From positions 1 to 64,000 of the IMG/VR virus record IMGVR_UViG_3300041409_000157: a DNA stretch of 64,000 bases. The stretch is one strand, 5' to 3'. The notes under the pieces were generated by a model. That model did not search any database. It was given only the letters and a program-made list of their open reading frames with translations, and had not been told where the DNA came from. The position numbers and the translations under genes were made by a program. Positions 54,901 through 64,000 of this stretch are shown in pieces; the first letter of the stretch is position 1; each line of letters opens with the position of its first letter. This DNA comes from a virus.

Positions 54901-57900
54901 GAATGCCCGGCGCGACTGGCAGGCGGAACACGACAAGCGCCTCAAGGAGGCTGGTCAGGCGGTGCGCAATGCGGAGGAGAATCTCCTGAACGTCAAGGAG
55001 CAGGGCAATAAGAAATACGTCACGGCCCTAAAGCGAGCCAATCTCTACGAGGCGTCGAAACTGAATGCCGCCGACCCAGCCAAGCTGAAGCTGGTCCAGG
55101 AGAAGCTCAAGAAGGAGTGGCTTCCGAAGCGCGATGCTGCTCAAGTTGAGCTGGACAAGGCGAACGCCGATTACAAGGCGGTCGAGGCTGAGGTGATGCC
55201 GAAGACTCCTGCTCAGAGCGCGCCTGCCGTAACGCCTTCTGAACAGGGGCCGTCCCCCTCCAGTCCACTCTCCCTAGGCCAACCCGTCCATGCCGACACC
55301 CGCCCCGGCCTATCCCTGAAGCAGGCCACAGCGGCAATGAACCAGCTTGGCTTTGGCGGGCTGCCGCAGGGCGTGGAGCTAATCCATCGGGCGGACCTTG
55401 TGCGCAATGGCAACGAGGTGCGCGGTTGGTATAACCCGGCCACGCAGAAAATCTGGCTCAACGTCGCCTTCCTGCGCTCCCCGGAGGACATCCGCAGCGT
55501 GTTCACCGAGGAGGCGTGGCACGCTGTCCAGAATGACCCCAAGGTCGAAGCCATCGTGAAACGCCTGCTGGCGAGCCTCACGGAGGAGCAACTTGCCGTG
55601 GCGCGGGAGACGTATGGCCAGAGCGAATCCGATGAGACGGTGCGCTACGAAGCCCTTGCGGACATTCTGGAGCAGGAAACCTTCAGCGCGGAGCAGCGCG
55701 GCCTGTGGGCGCAGTTGTGGACCGCCATCAAGGATGCCGTGGCGAAGGTCTTCGGACTGGTGAACCCAAGCTGGATTCCCGTGGAGACGGATGCGCGGTC
55801 GGCGATTGCCCATGCCTTAAGGATGGCGGAGAGGGGGGTACGGACGAATGTGGGTGCTGGGCCAATCGCCTACTCGGTGGGTGCCCCCGCTGAATCCCTC
55901 GCCGTTGGTGCCGCTGGACAGAGCGTCGCCGCTCAAGGCGAGCAGCTTTACTCTGAACTGGAGCGCGGCACCGCCCCGCTCGCGGAAGCTGCCTACCAGC
56001 GGAAGCTGTTTCGGGATGCGCAGGCTGAACTCTCCCGACTGGCCCAGCTTGGGGACGGTCGTCTGCGCCAGATGCAAAACGCTCCTGCCTCCGCTCAACC
56101 GGTGCCGCTGGAAGGCGTCGGGGTGGTCGGCTCTCAGGTAGTGGCGGACAGCACGTTCTCCGACAAGCTCACCGCACTACAGGTCCAGCACAACCCGGAC
56201 AATGTGAAGGCCATGCAGGAGGCGCTGTTCTTTGAGCGTCACGCCAAGCAGGTCGCCACGGCGCGGGAGCAGCTTGCGCATCAGCGTCAGCAGATCGACC
56301 ACTACAAGGCCATCAGCGCACCGGCCAACGACATTGCACGCCTTGAAGCGACCGCCGCCGAGAACGCCCGCAAGCTGGCCGCAGCGGAATCGGTGACCGA
56401 TGAATCTGGCCAGACGTCCGGCTCCCGGGCTGACGCCATCCAAGCCGCTGAGGCTGTCCGCACGGACGCGCTGGCCAAGCGTGATGCGCTCCAGCTTGAC
56501 CCGGTGCAGGAGTTCTTTGGCACCGGCATCGCCAAACTGCGTGACTTGATGGCTCAGGCACAGGCCGCCGCCAAGCTTATCGACGCCCTGCGCACCAACG
56601 AGACTGACCCGGAGAAGCTGGCTGAACTCACCCGCCAGTTTGAGCGTTACGAGCAGCTTCCGGTCACCGTCCAGAATGCGCTCAAGGCTGGAGTGCTCAC
56701 CGAGGAACAGCGCGGCAATGTCATCACCGCCCTTCAGCACTCGTTCCTGCAATTCGATCAGGCGCGGGAGCAGATGAACAATCTCCGGGACAACGAGACG
56801 CCGGGTATCCTGAGGGAGATTGAAGCTGCGCAGCAGAAGTTCGATGCCGCCAAGAACGAACGCCTTGAGGCGGAGTCCGTGGTGGATGCTGCGCTGCGGG
56901 CCGTGAAGGGTGATCCCGCACTGGCCTCCTCCGTCACGACCGCTGCTGATGTGGACTCCCTGCTCGCCAGCACCGCAGCGATTGCAGGCATGGCCCAACG
57001 CCTGGGCGAGAACCTGGAGCAGAACCGCTGGCTCTACGACTACCTGAATGGGTGGAGAACCACGCCGGGACCGCTGGTGTTCTCCAACATGAACGCCTCC
57101 GCGCTGGGAATCAGCGAGGATGTCCTGCGGGAGGTGGCCCGTGTGGCTGGGCAGTCGCCGCAGTTCGGTTCAGCCATTGTGGCGCTGGCGGATTATGCCG
57201 CAGCGAAACGGGCGCAGAGCCTACCGATTCAACTTCAAAAAATCGCGGCCACAGCGCAGACGAATCCCCAGCAGGCCGCTGCCATGGCGCGCTCACTGTC
57301 GAATCAGGTGACGCAGCGTGTGGCAGGGGCCACCGGGACGCAGGGCCAGCAGTCGGCCAAGATCAATTCCCTGCTCCAACGCCTGCTGGCACTCAACTAC
57401 GGGGCGAACCTGTTCAACCAGACGGCCACCAATCCCCAGCTTGTCGCTCTCCAGCAGCAGCTCGCGCAGGCGAATGCCGGGGTGCGCGAGCAGATGTGGC
57501 TCCAGAGCGCCAACAGTCAGACGTATGTTGGCTTCGGAGAAGCTGGCAAGACGCCAACTCATGCGCAGGTGACGGTGGATACCGCTGCGGACCCGGCCAT
57601 GAAGGTGCAGACCCAGCAGAAGATCCAGCGATGGGTCAATGCCGGGCACGACTACATCCAGCAGTATCAGAAGCTCGCTGCCCTCCACACACTGGACCCG
57701 GCGAACAACCCGACGCCGGAATCGCTTGGATTCGACGGGAAGATTGCCCGTGGACTTGCCGTCGATCTTGGCCGCATTGAGGCTTCCGCGCTGGACCCGG
57801 CTCCCGAAGCCAGTCGGAACAAGACGCCTTGGGCAGTCCGCAAGGCGCTCATGTGGTCGTGGTTCCGGCAGCACGACATGGTGGCGCGCATGATCGGCGG

Positions 57901-60900
57901 AGCCTCTGGCACCGACCTGCGGGTGAAGTTGGGCGGATGGGTGAAGGGCTACCTGAACGCACGGCGCATCGCCGCCCGCTTTGAGGACATCACGGAACTG
58001 ACTGCTGCGGCGGTGAAGTCGCACTCCGCTCAAGGCATCGGCATGAGCCTCCCCAATTACCGGGAGCAGGTGTGGAACCCGATGGCTCATGCAGGCCGCG
58101 AATACGGATCACTCGTGAAGACCGGCTACACGCTGCCCATCTCTGGCCAGACGATCACGGCGGAGGACATCGCGCTGCTCAAGCGCAGCAATGCTTTCGA
58201 GGAGGCGCTGCGCCGGGAAGTCACCGAGGCGAATCAGGAGGGCGGCGTGCGGTTCGCGCTGGGTGGTCGAAACTTTGTGCGCCCCGGCGGATACGTCGGG
58301 GACTTCTCCACCCCCCGCCACCTCAACAACCAGTCGAAGCAGTTCATCTCCGCCATCGGCACCGCCTACGAAGGTGGCCAGAAGTTCGACGCCTCGACCG
58401 ACCTTTCGACTGCCAGCTCCAATCCGGTAGTCCAGTTCTGGAACAACCGGCCAGACATGCTGGTGCAGCACGTCTTGGACAGTGGCCGCACTGACCGGGT
58501 GATGAAGCTCGACCCACTGATGCAGCAGGCGGAAAAGGCGCTGGCTTCAATGTGGAACTCCGGGACTCCAGTGGCGGTAAACAGCTTGGAGGATCTCGTC
58601 GCCCAGCTTGCGCCGCACCTTCCTGCCAACACTGGTGTCTCGCCCTATACCTACGCGGCGAATCATCTGAATGGCGAGCTTGCTCAGTATGCCAAGAACG
58701 CGGCAGTCCTGAGCGATGAGCAGAAGCAGGACCGCACTAGCGGACTGACCATCGCCCTCTCGGCGGACAACGATTTCACCAAACCTGCGGCGGAACTGAA
58801 GCTTCCGACTGCGCTCTACGATTACGGGGCGCTCACCACCGGGGAGCGCATCTCCGCTCAATCCCGCGCCAACCATGAGCGACTGGTCGAGTATGCGAAC
58901 TCCCTGCGCCGGGCCATCGCTGACCTGAACAACCGGCTGAGCTCGTTCAACCGCCAGAAGATCACCGCTGCGGAGGCCGCTTCGGAATACGGTGGGGACA
59001 TCTCAGAGCTGAAGGACGCCATCCAAATCCTGACGTCCGTGCTGAAGGACTTTGAAGCTGGCTACTCAATGGGTGACCCCGCGCTCTCTCCTTCCCGCAT
59101 CGCCAGTGAAGTCGCTAAGTGGCCCGTGGCGGGAGTGCTCGCCCTTCCGACCGTCTCGCTGCGTAACCTCACGCAAGGTCAGCTCGTGGTGTATCTCATG
59201 GAACGGGCCATGGGCTACTCCGGGGCCAAGATGGCCATGTGGAATGCCTTGAGGAACATGCCTAAGGCGCTCGCCCGGACGGCCTATACGGTCGCCAACG
59301 GCATCGCTAAGCGCGTGGACTCAGACATCCTCCGCGCCCCCTCCAAGCCGCTGGAGAAGGTTGTGGACATCATGTCCGCGCTGGTGCTGTCTCCGCTTCA
59401 AGGAAGCGTGTTCAACCCGTCAGCGGTGCGGGCTGAACTGGCGGCCGTCAGCAACCTCGGCTACGACACCCGCTCGGGCTTCCGTGATGCCCTGCGCCAG
59501 ATTATCGCCGACACGTCCGTCTATAGCACCCGTGAAGAGGCCGAGTTCGCCCAGTCCAATCCCAAGCTGGCGGCACTGCGTCGGGCGGCTCTCGTTGGAG
59601 CGAAGACCGTCAACGCGCTGCTCGGCAAGATCGGCGTCGAGAACTCCGATCAGGTGCTCAACTCCCTGAACCTCTCCGCTGCGGCAGCCATGGAGGCGCG
59701 GCTTGGACAGGTGGCACAGAAGTTCGGTGCCCGGCTGGCAGCGGCAGGAATCACCTCGATTGACCCCTCCAATCCAGCCACGGCTCTGACCCCATCTGAA
59801 TGGGGAGCCTTCAAGAACGCCCAAGCTGCGGCCGATTCTCTCGGCCAGATTCGACTGTTCCTTGAGGGGGCCGCAGGAACGGAAGGTTTCCAGTTGGAGC
59901 GCGCCCTCCTGAAATACTATCAGGACACACAGGCCGGGCGTCCGGCGCGGGTGTTCACGCCTGACCAGTTCACCGCCGTGCAGCGCAGCTTGCTGGCACA
60001 GATGAACACGTCACTTCCGACCAACCGCTCCAGCGGTGCGCCGGGAAGCCGGGTGCTACGGCACATCCTCTCGCTCCAAGGCTACCCCTCAGACGCCTTC
60101 CTGAAGCTCCTGAGTGTTTCGCTGGGGGGAACTCGTGATCGCAAGCTGGCGGCCACGCTGGGGGCCAAGCTTCCGCTCATGGTGGGCATTGCCGTCATGG
60201 CGGTGCTGGCAGGAGCGGCGGCGGATGGAGCTTCCGAGCTGTGGAAGCGCAAGGCTCAAGGCGTCCAGTCCGCTCAGTCAGGTGTGCTGGACAGCGACTT
60301 CTGGACGAACTCGGACAAGCTGGTCGGTGGGGCGGGAAGGTTCCTTGCGAGCAACCTGTTCTACCTCGGGGATGCCATCCTCGGGATGCAGAACCAGATC
60401 CAAGGCAACCGGGGATTCGATCCAGCTGGGCGTGTGTTCTGGATTTCACTGGTGCAAGCCTTCTCGAATGCGCTCAACACATCATGGCAGACGTCCAAGA
60501 TCGGAACGCCATCCGACGTTGCGCAACCCTTCATCGACTTCGCCTCACGCATCACCCCGGGAGCGACCGAGCTTCGTCGCGTGTTCGGTGATGACCGACA
60601 GTTGACCGTCACGAAGCAGATCACCGCTGCCGAAGCCCGTGCCGCTGGCATTGAGGTTCCTCGCCATGGTGGCGTTCCGTCCTCTGGCCCAACCACCATT
60701 GTGCGCCGCAACCTCGCCTCCGCTGTTGGCGCAATGGCCGCTGCGCAGAAGTCTGGCGACACTGAGGCGTATGCAAAGGCTGAAGCGGATGCGCGGGCGC
60801 AGATCGCTAAGCTAGAGGGCTACTACACCAAGCAGCGCATGGATCTGGGTGACGATGAGGCCACCGCCAAGAAGAAGGCCCAGCAGGCCGTCTGGCGCGA

Positions 60901-61348
60901 CTACCAGGAGATCAATCCCGTCGTGGCGGCATTCGGCGGTCGCCGCCCCACCGCCGCCGAAGTGCAGCAGGTCACTACCAGCGCCACCGGCCAGCGCCTT
61001 GAAGCGCAGCAGGAAGGCATCGCCGCTTGGAAAGCAGGCGCGCAGGCTCTCTTCGGTCAGGTTGGAAGCATTTCCAAAGAAGACGTCGCCGCGAACCGCA
61101 GCGGAGGCGGTGGCCCCGCCGTCTCCAGCGGAGGCGCCCGCCTTGCGGCAACCGGCGGGGGAGGTGTCGGGCGCGTCTCCTCCGGCCGGAGCCTTGGCCG
61201 CATCTCCATGACAGGTGGGCGCGGGATTGCCCGGGCGAAAGGCCCGCGCCTGAGCCTCACCGGCACGCGCCTCCCGAAGTTCAGCTCTGGACTGCGTGCG
61301 CCAAGGGTGAAGACCGTGCGGCTAAAACGCATTGCGATTACGGCTTGA
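51908..61348 (+). CDS. Giant (~3,150 aa) internal virion/ejection polyvalent protein
   Basis: VEFPDDYSHDQI N-terminus, Gly/Ala-rich membrane segments with EGLLEELPQ motif, zincin-like GWYNP..TEEAWH..EALA domain, basic C-terminal tail. Confidence 0.75.
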   Translation: MPQIVAVTGVGNVEFPDDYSHDQIKEILDRDYGLPYQRKERIAIGREAAAQPEISPTLEALKQTPYSDTARDLTKGLIGVPEMAVGLADLVSGGYAGKAAEAAGFTPRKWKMDLDASQSPERQAAQQKVFEAKGFVPTVQAMVENPSTILGSAVESAPSMVAGGLVGKLGLAAVSKLGHKAAAWAAGVPAAAVAGGVGEGVVTAGQQAEQIRQETEDKLLNWQQVALALGSGVATGTIGALSGKLAARLGIPKFETAIAHGGWTNPGVKKSLTERIAKGIGGMVTEGLLEELPQSTQEAIAQNIALGKPWDEGVAEQAAQGFVTGAAMGGVAGGFGGGHGSAPATNIQPAPSPQPTPTPAPAPAAAPQPAPPALRPAAPVPAPPLPALSGQVLNTPIQNWQASPGAPHTLAQSPDAFGVGNQVVKLSQAGGGFGSIGTVTAVTGPQVDGNPNPTVTVKFPDGSTRVSGFKEYGFAENFNEAQQQVAAAQGKPFEPGWQAPAPRITPTPLPEKTGSKRVAPLTTSEQLVERISAARAAGDTETARRLAAELDFLGNPPRSVKDIESDLNKAAKPSAAITKARNVFLDPSSTPDQKAAARATMESEKLVQDRKIDALKEELKAHSDEALFNSLDRFLQLELSPKYREDDDKWFAANYSSRDDRGNRNAAAEILVERGFVERGVAEANARIKAETVRPEAAMEARPQAPLGIQREAVVSPEVAAAARAAVGYNPKVPVVQRTEGAREALSGARKTDVSNPALMTPDEYKYHLIRTEGHQSFPKDLREQKAQGEFHKYYLVEAFKQHAPVSARAADRYFWKGTFSEGGPQLPPGYIRSGETYVYAPQNVPLESRLPVQPEGNDALGKTQPVPSIGSGLQNPAGGAAEGAQGEAAKGDVILARTAPKERADINNGTRVTEFRVRKVTPQEQNANWELYGQKPWVVERRTVSADLDTGTVENGEWSPFAQGESRTQAIDDGIADTQYRGAISEDATFKKVVEKANARRDWQAEHDKRLKEAGQAVRNAEENLLNVKEQGNKKYVTALKRANLYEASKLNAADPAKLKLVQEKLKKEWLPKRDAAQVELDKANADYKAVEAEVMPKTPAQSAPAVTPSEQGPSPSSPLSLGQPVHADTRPGLSLKQATAAMNQLGFGGLPQGVELIHRADLVRNGNEVRGWYNPATQKIWLNVAFLRSPEDIRSVFTEEAWHAVQNDPKVEAIVKRLLASLTEEQLAVARETYGQSESDETVRYEALADILEQETFSAEQRGLWAQLWTAIKDAVAKVFGLVNPSWIPVETDARSAIAHALRMAERGVRTNVGAGPIAYSVGAPAESLAVGAAGQSVAAQGEQLYSELERGTAPLAEAAYQRKLFRDAQAELSRLAQLGDGRLRQMQNAPASAQPVPLEGVGVVGSQVVADSTFSDKLTALQVQHNPDNVKAMQEALFFERHAKQVATAREQLAHQRQQIDHYKAISAPANDIARLEATAAENARKLAAAESVTDESGQTSGSRADAIQAAEAVRTDALAKRDALQLDPVQEFFGTGIAKLRDLMAQAQAAAKLIDALRTNETDPEKLAELTRQFERYEQLPVTVQNALKAGVLTEEQRGNVITALQHSFLQFDQAREQMNNLRDNETPGILREIEAAQQKFDAAKNERLEAESVVDAALRAVKGDPALASSVTTAADVDSLLASTAAIAGMAQRLGENLEQNRWLYDYLNGWRTTPGPLVFSNMNASALGISEDVLREVARVAGQSPQFGSAIVALADYAAAKRAQSLPIQLQKIAATAQTNPQQAAAMARSLSNQVTQRVAGATGTQGQQSAKINSLLQRLLALNYGANLFNQTATNPQLVALQQQLAQANAGVREQMWLQSANSQTYVGFGEAGKTPTHAQVTVDTAADPAMKVQTQQKIQRWVNAGHDYIQQYQKLAALHTLDPANNPTPESLGFDGKIARGLAVDLGRIEASALDPAPEASRNKTPWAVRKALMWSWFRQHDMVARMIGGASGTDLRVKLGGWVKGYLNARRIAARFEDITELTAAAVKSHSAQGIGMSLPNYREQVWNPMAHAGREYGSLVKTGYTLPISGQTITAEDIALLKRSNAFEEALRREVTEANQEGGVRFALGGRNFVRPGGYVGDFSTPRHLNNQSKQFISAIGTAYEGGQKFDASTDLSTASSNPVVQFWNNRPDMLVQHVLDSGRTDRVMKLDPLMQQAEKALASMWNSGTPVAVNSLEDLVAQLAPHLPANTGVSPYTYAANHLNGELAQYAKNAAVLSDEQKQDRTSGLTIALSADNDFTKPAAELKLPTALYDYGALTTGERISAQSRANHERLVEYANSLRRAIADLNNRLSSFNRQKITAAEAASEYGGDISELKDAIQILTSVLKDFEAGYSMGDPALSPSRIASEVAKWPVAGVLALPTVSLRNLTQGQLVVYLMERAMGYSGAKMAMWNALRNMPKALARTAYTVANGIAKRVDSDILRAPSKPLEKVVDIMSALVLSPLQGSVFNPSAVRAELAAVSNLGYDTRSGFRDALRQIIADTSVYSTREEAEFAQSNPKLAALRRAALVGAKTVNALLGKIGVENSDQVLNSLNLSAAAAMEARLGQVAQKFGARLAAAGITSIDPSNPATALTPSEWGAFKNAQAAADSLGQIRLFLEGAAGTEGFQLERALLKYYQDTQAGRPARVFTPDQFTAVQRSLLAQMNTSLPTNRSSGAPGSRVLRHILSLQGYPSDAFLKLLSVSLGGTRDRKLAATLGAKLPLMVGIAVMAVLAGAAADGASELWKRKAQGVQSAQSGVLDSDFWTNSDKLVGGAGRFLASNLFYLGDAILGMQNQIQGNRGFDPAGRVFWISLVQAFSNALNTSWQTSKIGTPSDVAQPFIDFASRITPGATELRRVFGDDRQLTVTKQITAAEARAAGIEVPRHGGVPSSGPTTIVRRNLASAVGAMAAAQKSGDTEAYAKAEADARAQIAKLEGYYTKQRMDLGDDEATAKKKAQQAVWRDYQEINPVVAAFGGRRPTAAEVQQVTTSATGQRLEAQQEGIAAWKAGAQALFGQVGSISKEDVAANRSGGGGPAVSSGGARLAATGGGGVGRVSSGRSLGRISMTGGRGIARAKGPRLSLTGTRLPKFSSGLRAPRVKTVRLKRIAITA

Positions 61349-61379
61349 CTGTTCGCCAGATGTGGCGGATAGATAGCGC

Positions 61380-61703
61380 ATGAAATTTTCAGATACGCCA
61401 CCAACTAAGCCGGGTGCTTACTGGTGGAAATCTTCAGTTCGATCACTGCATCAGCTTGTCGAGTTGAATTCCAACGGTTGGTTTATGATGACTTTTGGAA
61501 TGGTTAGCCCGTCTGAAATCAAATCGAGATGTGGGGGATTTTGGTCCAATCGTCTCATTCCTGCTGAAGAAGTGGAAAATGCTTATCGAGAGGGCGAACA
61601 TATGGGGTGGGTGAAGTATTCTGAATCCAGCGATGGCCGGGAGCGTTCAAAAGATTATAGCGAAAGCCGAGCCATGCGAGTTATGGAAGGAACGGAATCA
61701 TGA
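61380..61703 (+). CDS. Hypothetical protein
   Basis: PTKPGAYWW motif; lower GC. Confidence 0.65.
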   Translation: MKFSDTPPTKPGAYWWKSSVRSLHQLVELNSNGWFMMTFGMVSPSEIKSRCGGFWSNRLIPAEEVENAYREGEHMGWVKYSESSDGRERSKDYSESRAMRVMEGTES

Positions 61704-62074
61704 GCAGCTTCTTCGACCCAAACAACAAGAACGGCGAGAACCAGCTTCGCCGCATGGCGGAGTCCCTCCCGAGCATGGTGAAGGAGCAGGCCCGTGGCCG
61801 CTCCCATCGGAATGGCCATGAGAAACCCTTCACCCGCTTCTGCCCCATCTGCTCACTGGCCTATGCCCGCAGCAAGGTGTTCTCCACGGCAGAGGCCAAG
61901 GCGGGCGTCTGCGAGGGTTGCCGGAAGCGGTTGCTCGACGGCGAGACTGCGCTCGTGACCATCTCCAAGCGGTATGCCTTTGTGAAAGGCGGCGGGGCTC
62001 CGGCAGGAAAAATCATCAACATCACCGAGGAGGAAATGGATGCGGTGAAGAAACGCTTTGAGGGGGAGGCGTGA
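61700..62074 (+). CDS. Zinc-finger hypothetical protein
   Basis: CPIC...CEGC; coupled. Confidence 0.65.
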   Translation: MSSFFDPNNKNGENQLRRMAESLPSMVKEQARGRSHRNGHEKPFTRFCPICSLAYARSKVFSTAEAKAGVCEGCRKRLLDGETALVTISKRYAFVKGGGAPAGKIINITEEEMDAVKKRFEGEA

Positions 62075-62481
62075 CACCGGAAGCTCAGAGGATTTCTTTA
62101 GCTGAAGCGTGCGGGTGGCAGCATCGCATGGCCACGCATGACGAGCCTGTGGAGCAAGGAGGATTCAGGCTTCCGAATTGGCAATCAAGGCCAATAGAAG
62201 CTTGGTGGATGGTGGGGCATCCGACATTTACGGGGGTTTACATCAGCCCTCCAGATTACCTGCGTGACCTCAATGCCGTGCATGAAGCCGAGAAGGTTCT
62301 AACTCCAAAGCAGGAGGGGCTTTACGTGCGTCTTCTCTCTGAGAAAATCATGGAAGAGGCTTACGAAGACGAGGAGCGCTATCAGAAAAGCCACTTATCA
62401 TCCGCCGATCAAATCTACAGGTGCTCATCAAAGCAGCGTCTTGAATCGTTGGTGCGCGCGCTTGGAAAGTGGACCAAATGA
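62071..62481 (+). CDS. Hypothetical protein (MTPEAQRI family)
   Basis: LAEACGW..PDY..DLNAVHEAE..QRLESLVRALGKW. Confidence 0.7.
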   Translation: MTPEAQRISLAEACGWQHRMATHDEPVEQGGFRLPNWQSRPIEAWWMVGHPTFTGVYISPPDYLRDLNAVHEAEKVLTPKQEGLYVRLLSEKIMEEAYEDEERYQKSHLSSADQIYRCSSKQRLESLVRALGKWTK

Positions 62482-62915
62482 GCGAATCCCCATTCAATAA
62501 AATGGGCAGCGTTACGGACTGCAAACCATGCCTGATGACGCCTGAAGAGATTGAGCGGTGGGCATTTAAGTGTCCCCTCTTCAGCCATACCGAGAAGATT
62601 CCCCCCTTCATGTGCATGGCCATTGCGTATCGCCACAGCGACCGGCCGCAGATCCAGCAGCGGAGCGGCCTCTCCAAGCGCACCGTGGAACGGCTCTGCA
62701 ACCGCATCTCCTGGGCGGGTGTCAGCATGGACACCGCCAGCGCCTTTGCCAGCGGATGCTGCGTGGACCTCCTGAATCAGGAGGCTGCGCTGAGATACGT
62801 CAAGCGGACCATGCAGGCGAAGAATCCTTTTCCAGGCCTCAAGGGGAAGCGCCGCTGGTCGTTCAACCGGAACTTGAAGCGGTTTCTGGAGGGTAAGTCA
62901 CATGGAACAGTCTGA
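62478..62915 (+). CDS. HTH-containing hypothetical protein
   Basis: IQQRSGLSKRTVERL HTH-like. Confidence 0.6.
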   Translation: MSESPFNKMGSVTDCKPCLMTPEEIERWAFKCPLFSHTEKIPPFMCMAIAYRHSDRPQIQQRSGLSKRTVERLCNRISWAGVSMDTASAFASGCCVDLLNQEAALRYVKRTMQAKNPFPGLKGKRRWSFNRNLKRFLEGKSHGTV

Positions 62916-63699
62916 AATTACAAAACGCAGGAAGCCAGTTGCACGAGAAATAATTATGGCTCGTGCGGCGAAATCATCTGCCACAAAGCTGGCTAAAAGA
63001 ATCACAAAAACCTGCCTTAAATGCGGTAAGGATTGGAAGGAGAAGCCGAGTCACTCGCAACGGAAATACTGCTCCTCAGAATGCGCTGGAAATAAGATTA
63101 AAAACCCATGCTCTGAAAGATCGTGCGTGCAGTGTGGATCAATGTTCATATCTACATGGAAAACTCGAAAGAAGATCACATGCTCGCCGAATTGTGCGCG
63201 CTTAAGGCAGGCGGAAACGATGAAGGAATTGGGTCATACACCAATAAAATGCAGAGATAAAGTGAAATGGCTAGCTGCTATTCAATCTGAGTCCCATCGC
63301 ATGGCGATGAGCAAAATCAATACCGGAAAGGTCAGAACCACTCCCAAGACTAAACGACATAGTCCGCAACATTTTCGCGCTGTTGAATGCTTCCTAAGAG
63401 ATTCTTTCAATGTGGTTCACCACGTTCGTAACATCAATAGATTCGTCCATAATAACCCGCACTTATTCCCATCTGAAACCCTTAATTGGCATCCGACAAA
63501 ACGGAGCAATTCTACGTTATGTTGCAATGCAGCAATGGGGCTGGCATCTGTTGCGAGCGGTCGAAGAATGACTTGGCGTGGATGGCAGGTGGTAAGTAAC
63601 CGTGAAGGTCGAGAGCGTTTTGACCTGATAGGCCGAAACCGAATTGAATTAGCTACGCCTGCAACACCCGCGCCGCCAGCTCAATCCGGCCCATCGTAA
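62902..63699 (+). CDS. Homing-endonuclease-associated zinc-finger/NUMOD-like protein
   Basis: Two CxxCG..(Y/T)CSxxC treble-clef repeats; C-terminal VASGRRMTWRGW; AT-rich. Confidence 0.6.
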   Translation: MEQSEITKRRKPVAREIIMARAAKSSATKLAKRITKTCLKCGKDWKEKPSHSQRKYCSSECAGNKIKNPCSERSCVQCGSMFISTWKTRKKITCSPNCARLRQAETMKELGHTPIKCRDKVKWLAAIQSESHRMAMSKINTGKVRTTPKTKRHSPQHFRAVECFLRDSFNVVHHVRNINRFVHNNPHLFPSETLNWHPTKRSNSTLCCNAAMGLASVASGRRMTWRGWQVVSNREGRERFDLIGRNRIELATPATPAPPAQSGPS

Positions 63700-64000
63700 A
63701 GGCTGCCCCCACTGGCGGCACCGCCTGACCTGAATCGTTCCGGCCCACCACGGCAACCTCCCAGTAGAGGAACCTTCCACGTTGCAGGTAGAACCAGCGC
63801 GGAGCCACCGTCGGGCGGAGATTACGCGCCAGGTATTGCAAGGTTGTCATGTCGTCTGGGCACCGGATCTCCTTCTCCGTCATGGCCTTCCAGAGCACCT
63901 CGCACCGGCCTCCATTCGTGGCGAATTCCGCCTCCCACTCCGGCGCGATGGGGTCGATGTCGTAGAAGAACGCCAGCGGGTTCCCGTCAGGGTTGCAGTC
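63653..64000 (-). CDS. C-terminal part of a virion protein (tail nozzle/stabilization-like), start outside window
   Basis: Frame open from 64000 to TAG; ends ...RGRFLYWEVAVVG...FTMGRIEL, like podovirus nozzle C-termini. Confidence 0.5.
   Translation of the reverse strand, partial: DCNPDGNPLAFFYDIDPIAPEWEAEFATNGGRCEVLWKAMTEKEIRCPDDMTTLQYLARNLRPTVAPRWFYLQRGRFLYWEVAVVGRNDSGQAVPPVGAAFTMGRIELAARVLQA

Overview
This 64-kb window is almost entirely a GC-rich tailed dsDNA phage genome, probably podovirus-like and nearly complete. A PVC/Verrucomicrobia-type host is a weak inference. Modules, left to right: (1) a minus-strand morphogenesis operon (portal, scaffold, major capsid, adaptor/Thr-rich virion protein) running straight into three glycosyltransferase-like genes and a TylF-type O-methyltransferase; (2) a divergently transcribed terminase large subunit; (3) a promoter-led, ~500-nt structured non-coding region containing a circularly permuted tRNA-like (YrlA/Y-RNA-type) module; (4) a plus-strand cluster of small early genes separated by long hairpins; (5) a long minus-strand replication, recombination and methylation arm (dual-frame C5 methyltransferase, DnaC-like loader, split UvrD helicase, HNH, SbcC-like ATPase, SSB-like protein, two integron-cassette-like inserts); (6) a putative lysis cassette ending in a stand-alone response regulator; (7) plus-strand ejection-type proteins including a ~3,150-aa giant. 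No integrase, DNA polymerase, reverse transcriptase, rRNA, canonical tRNA or CRISPR array was recognised. All protein calls come from motif recognition by eye, not database searches.
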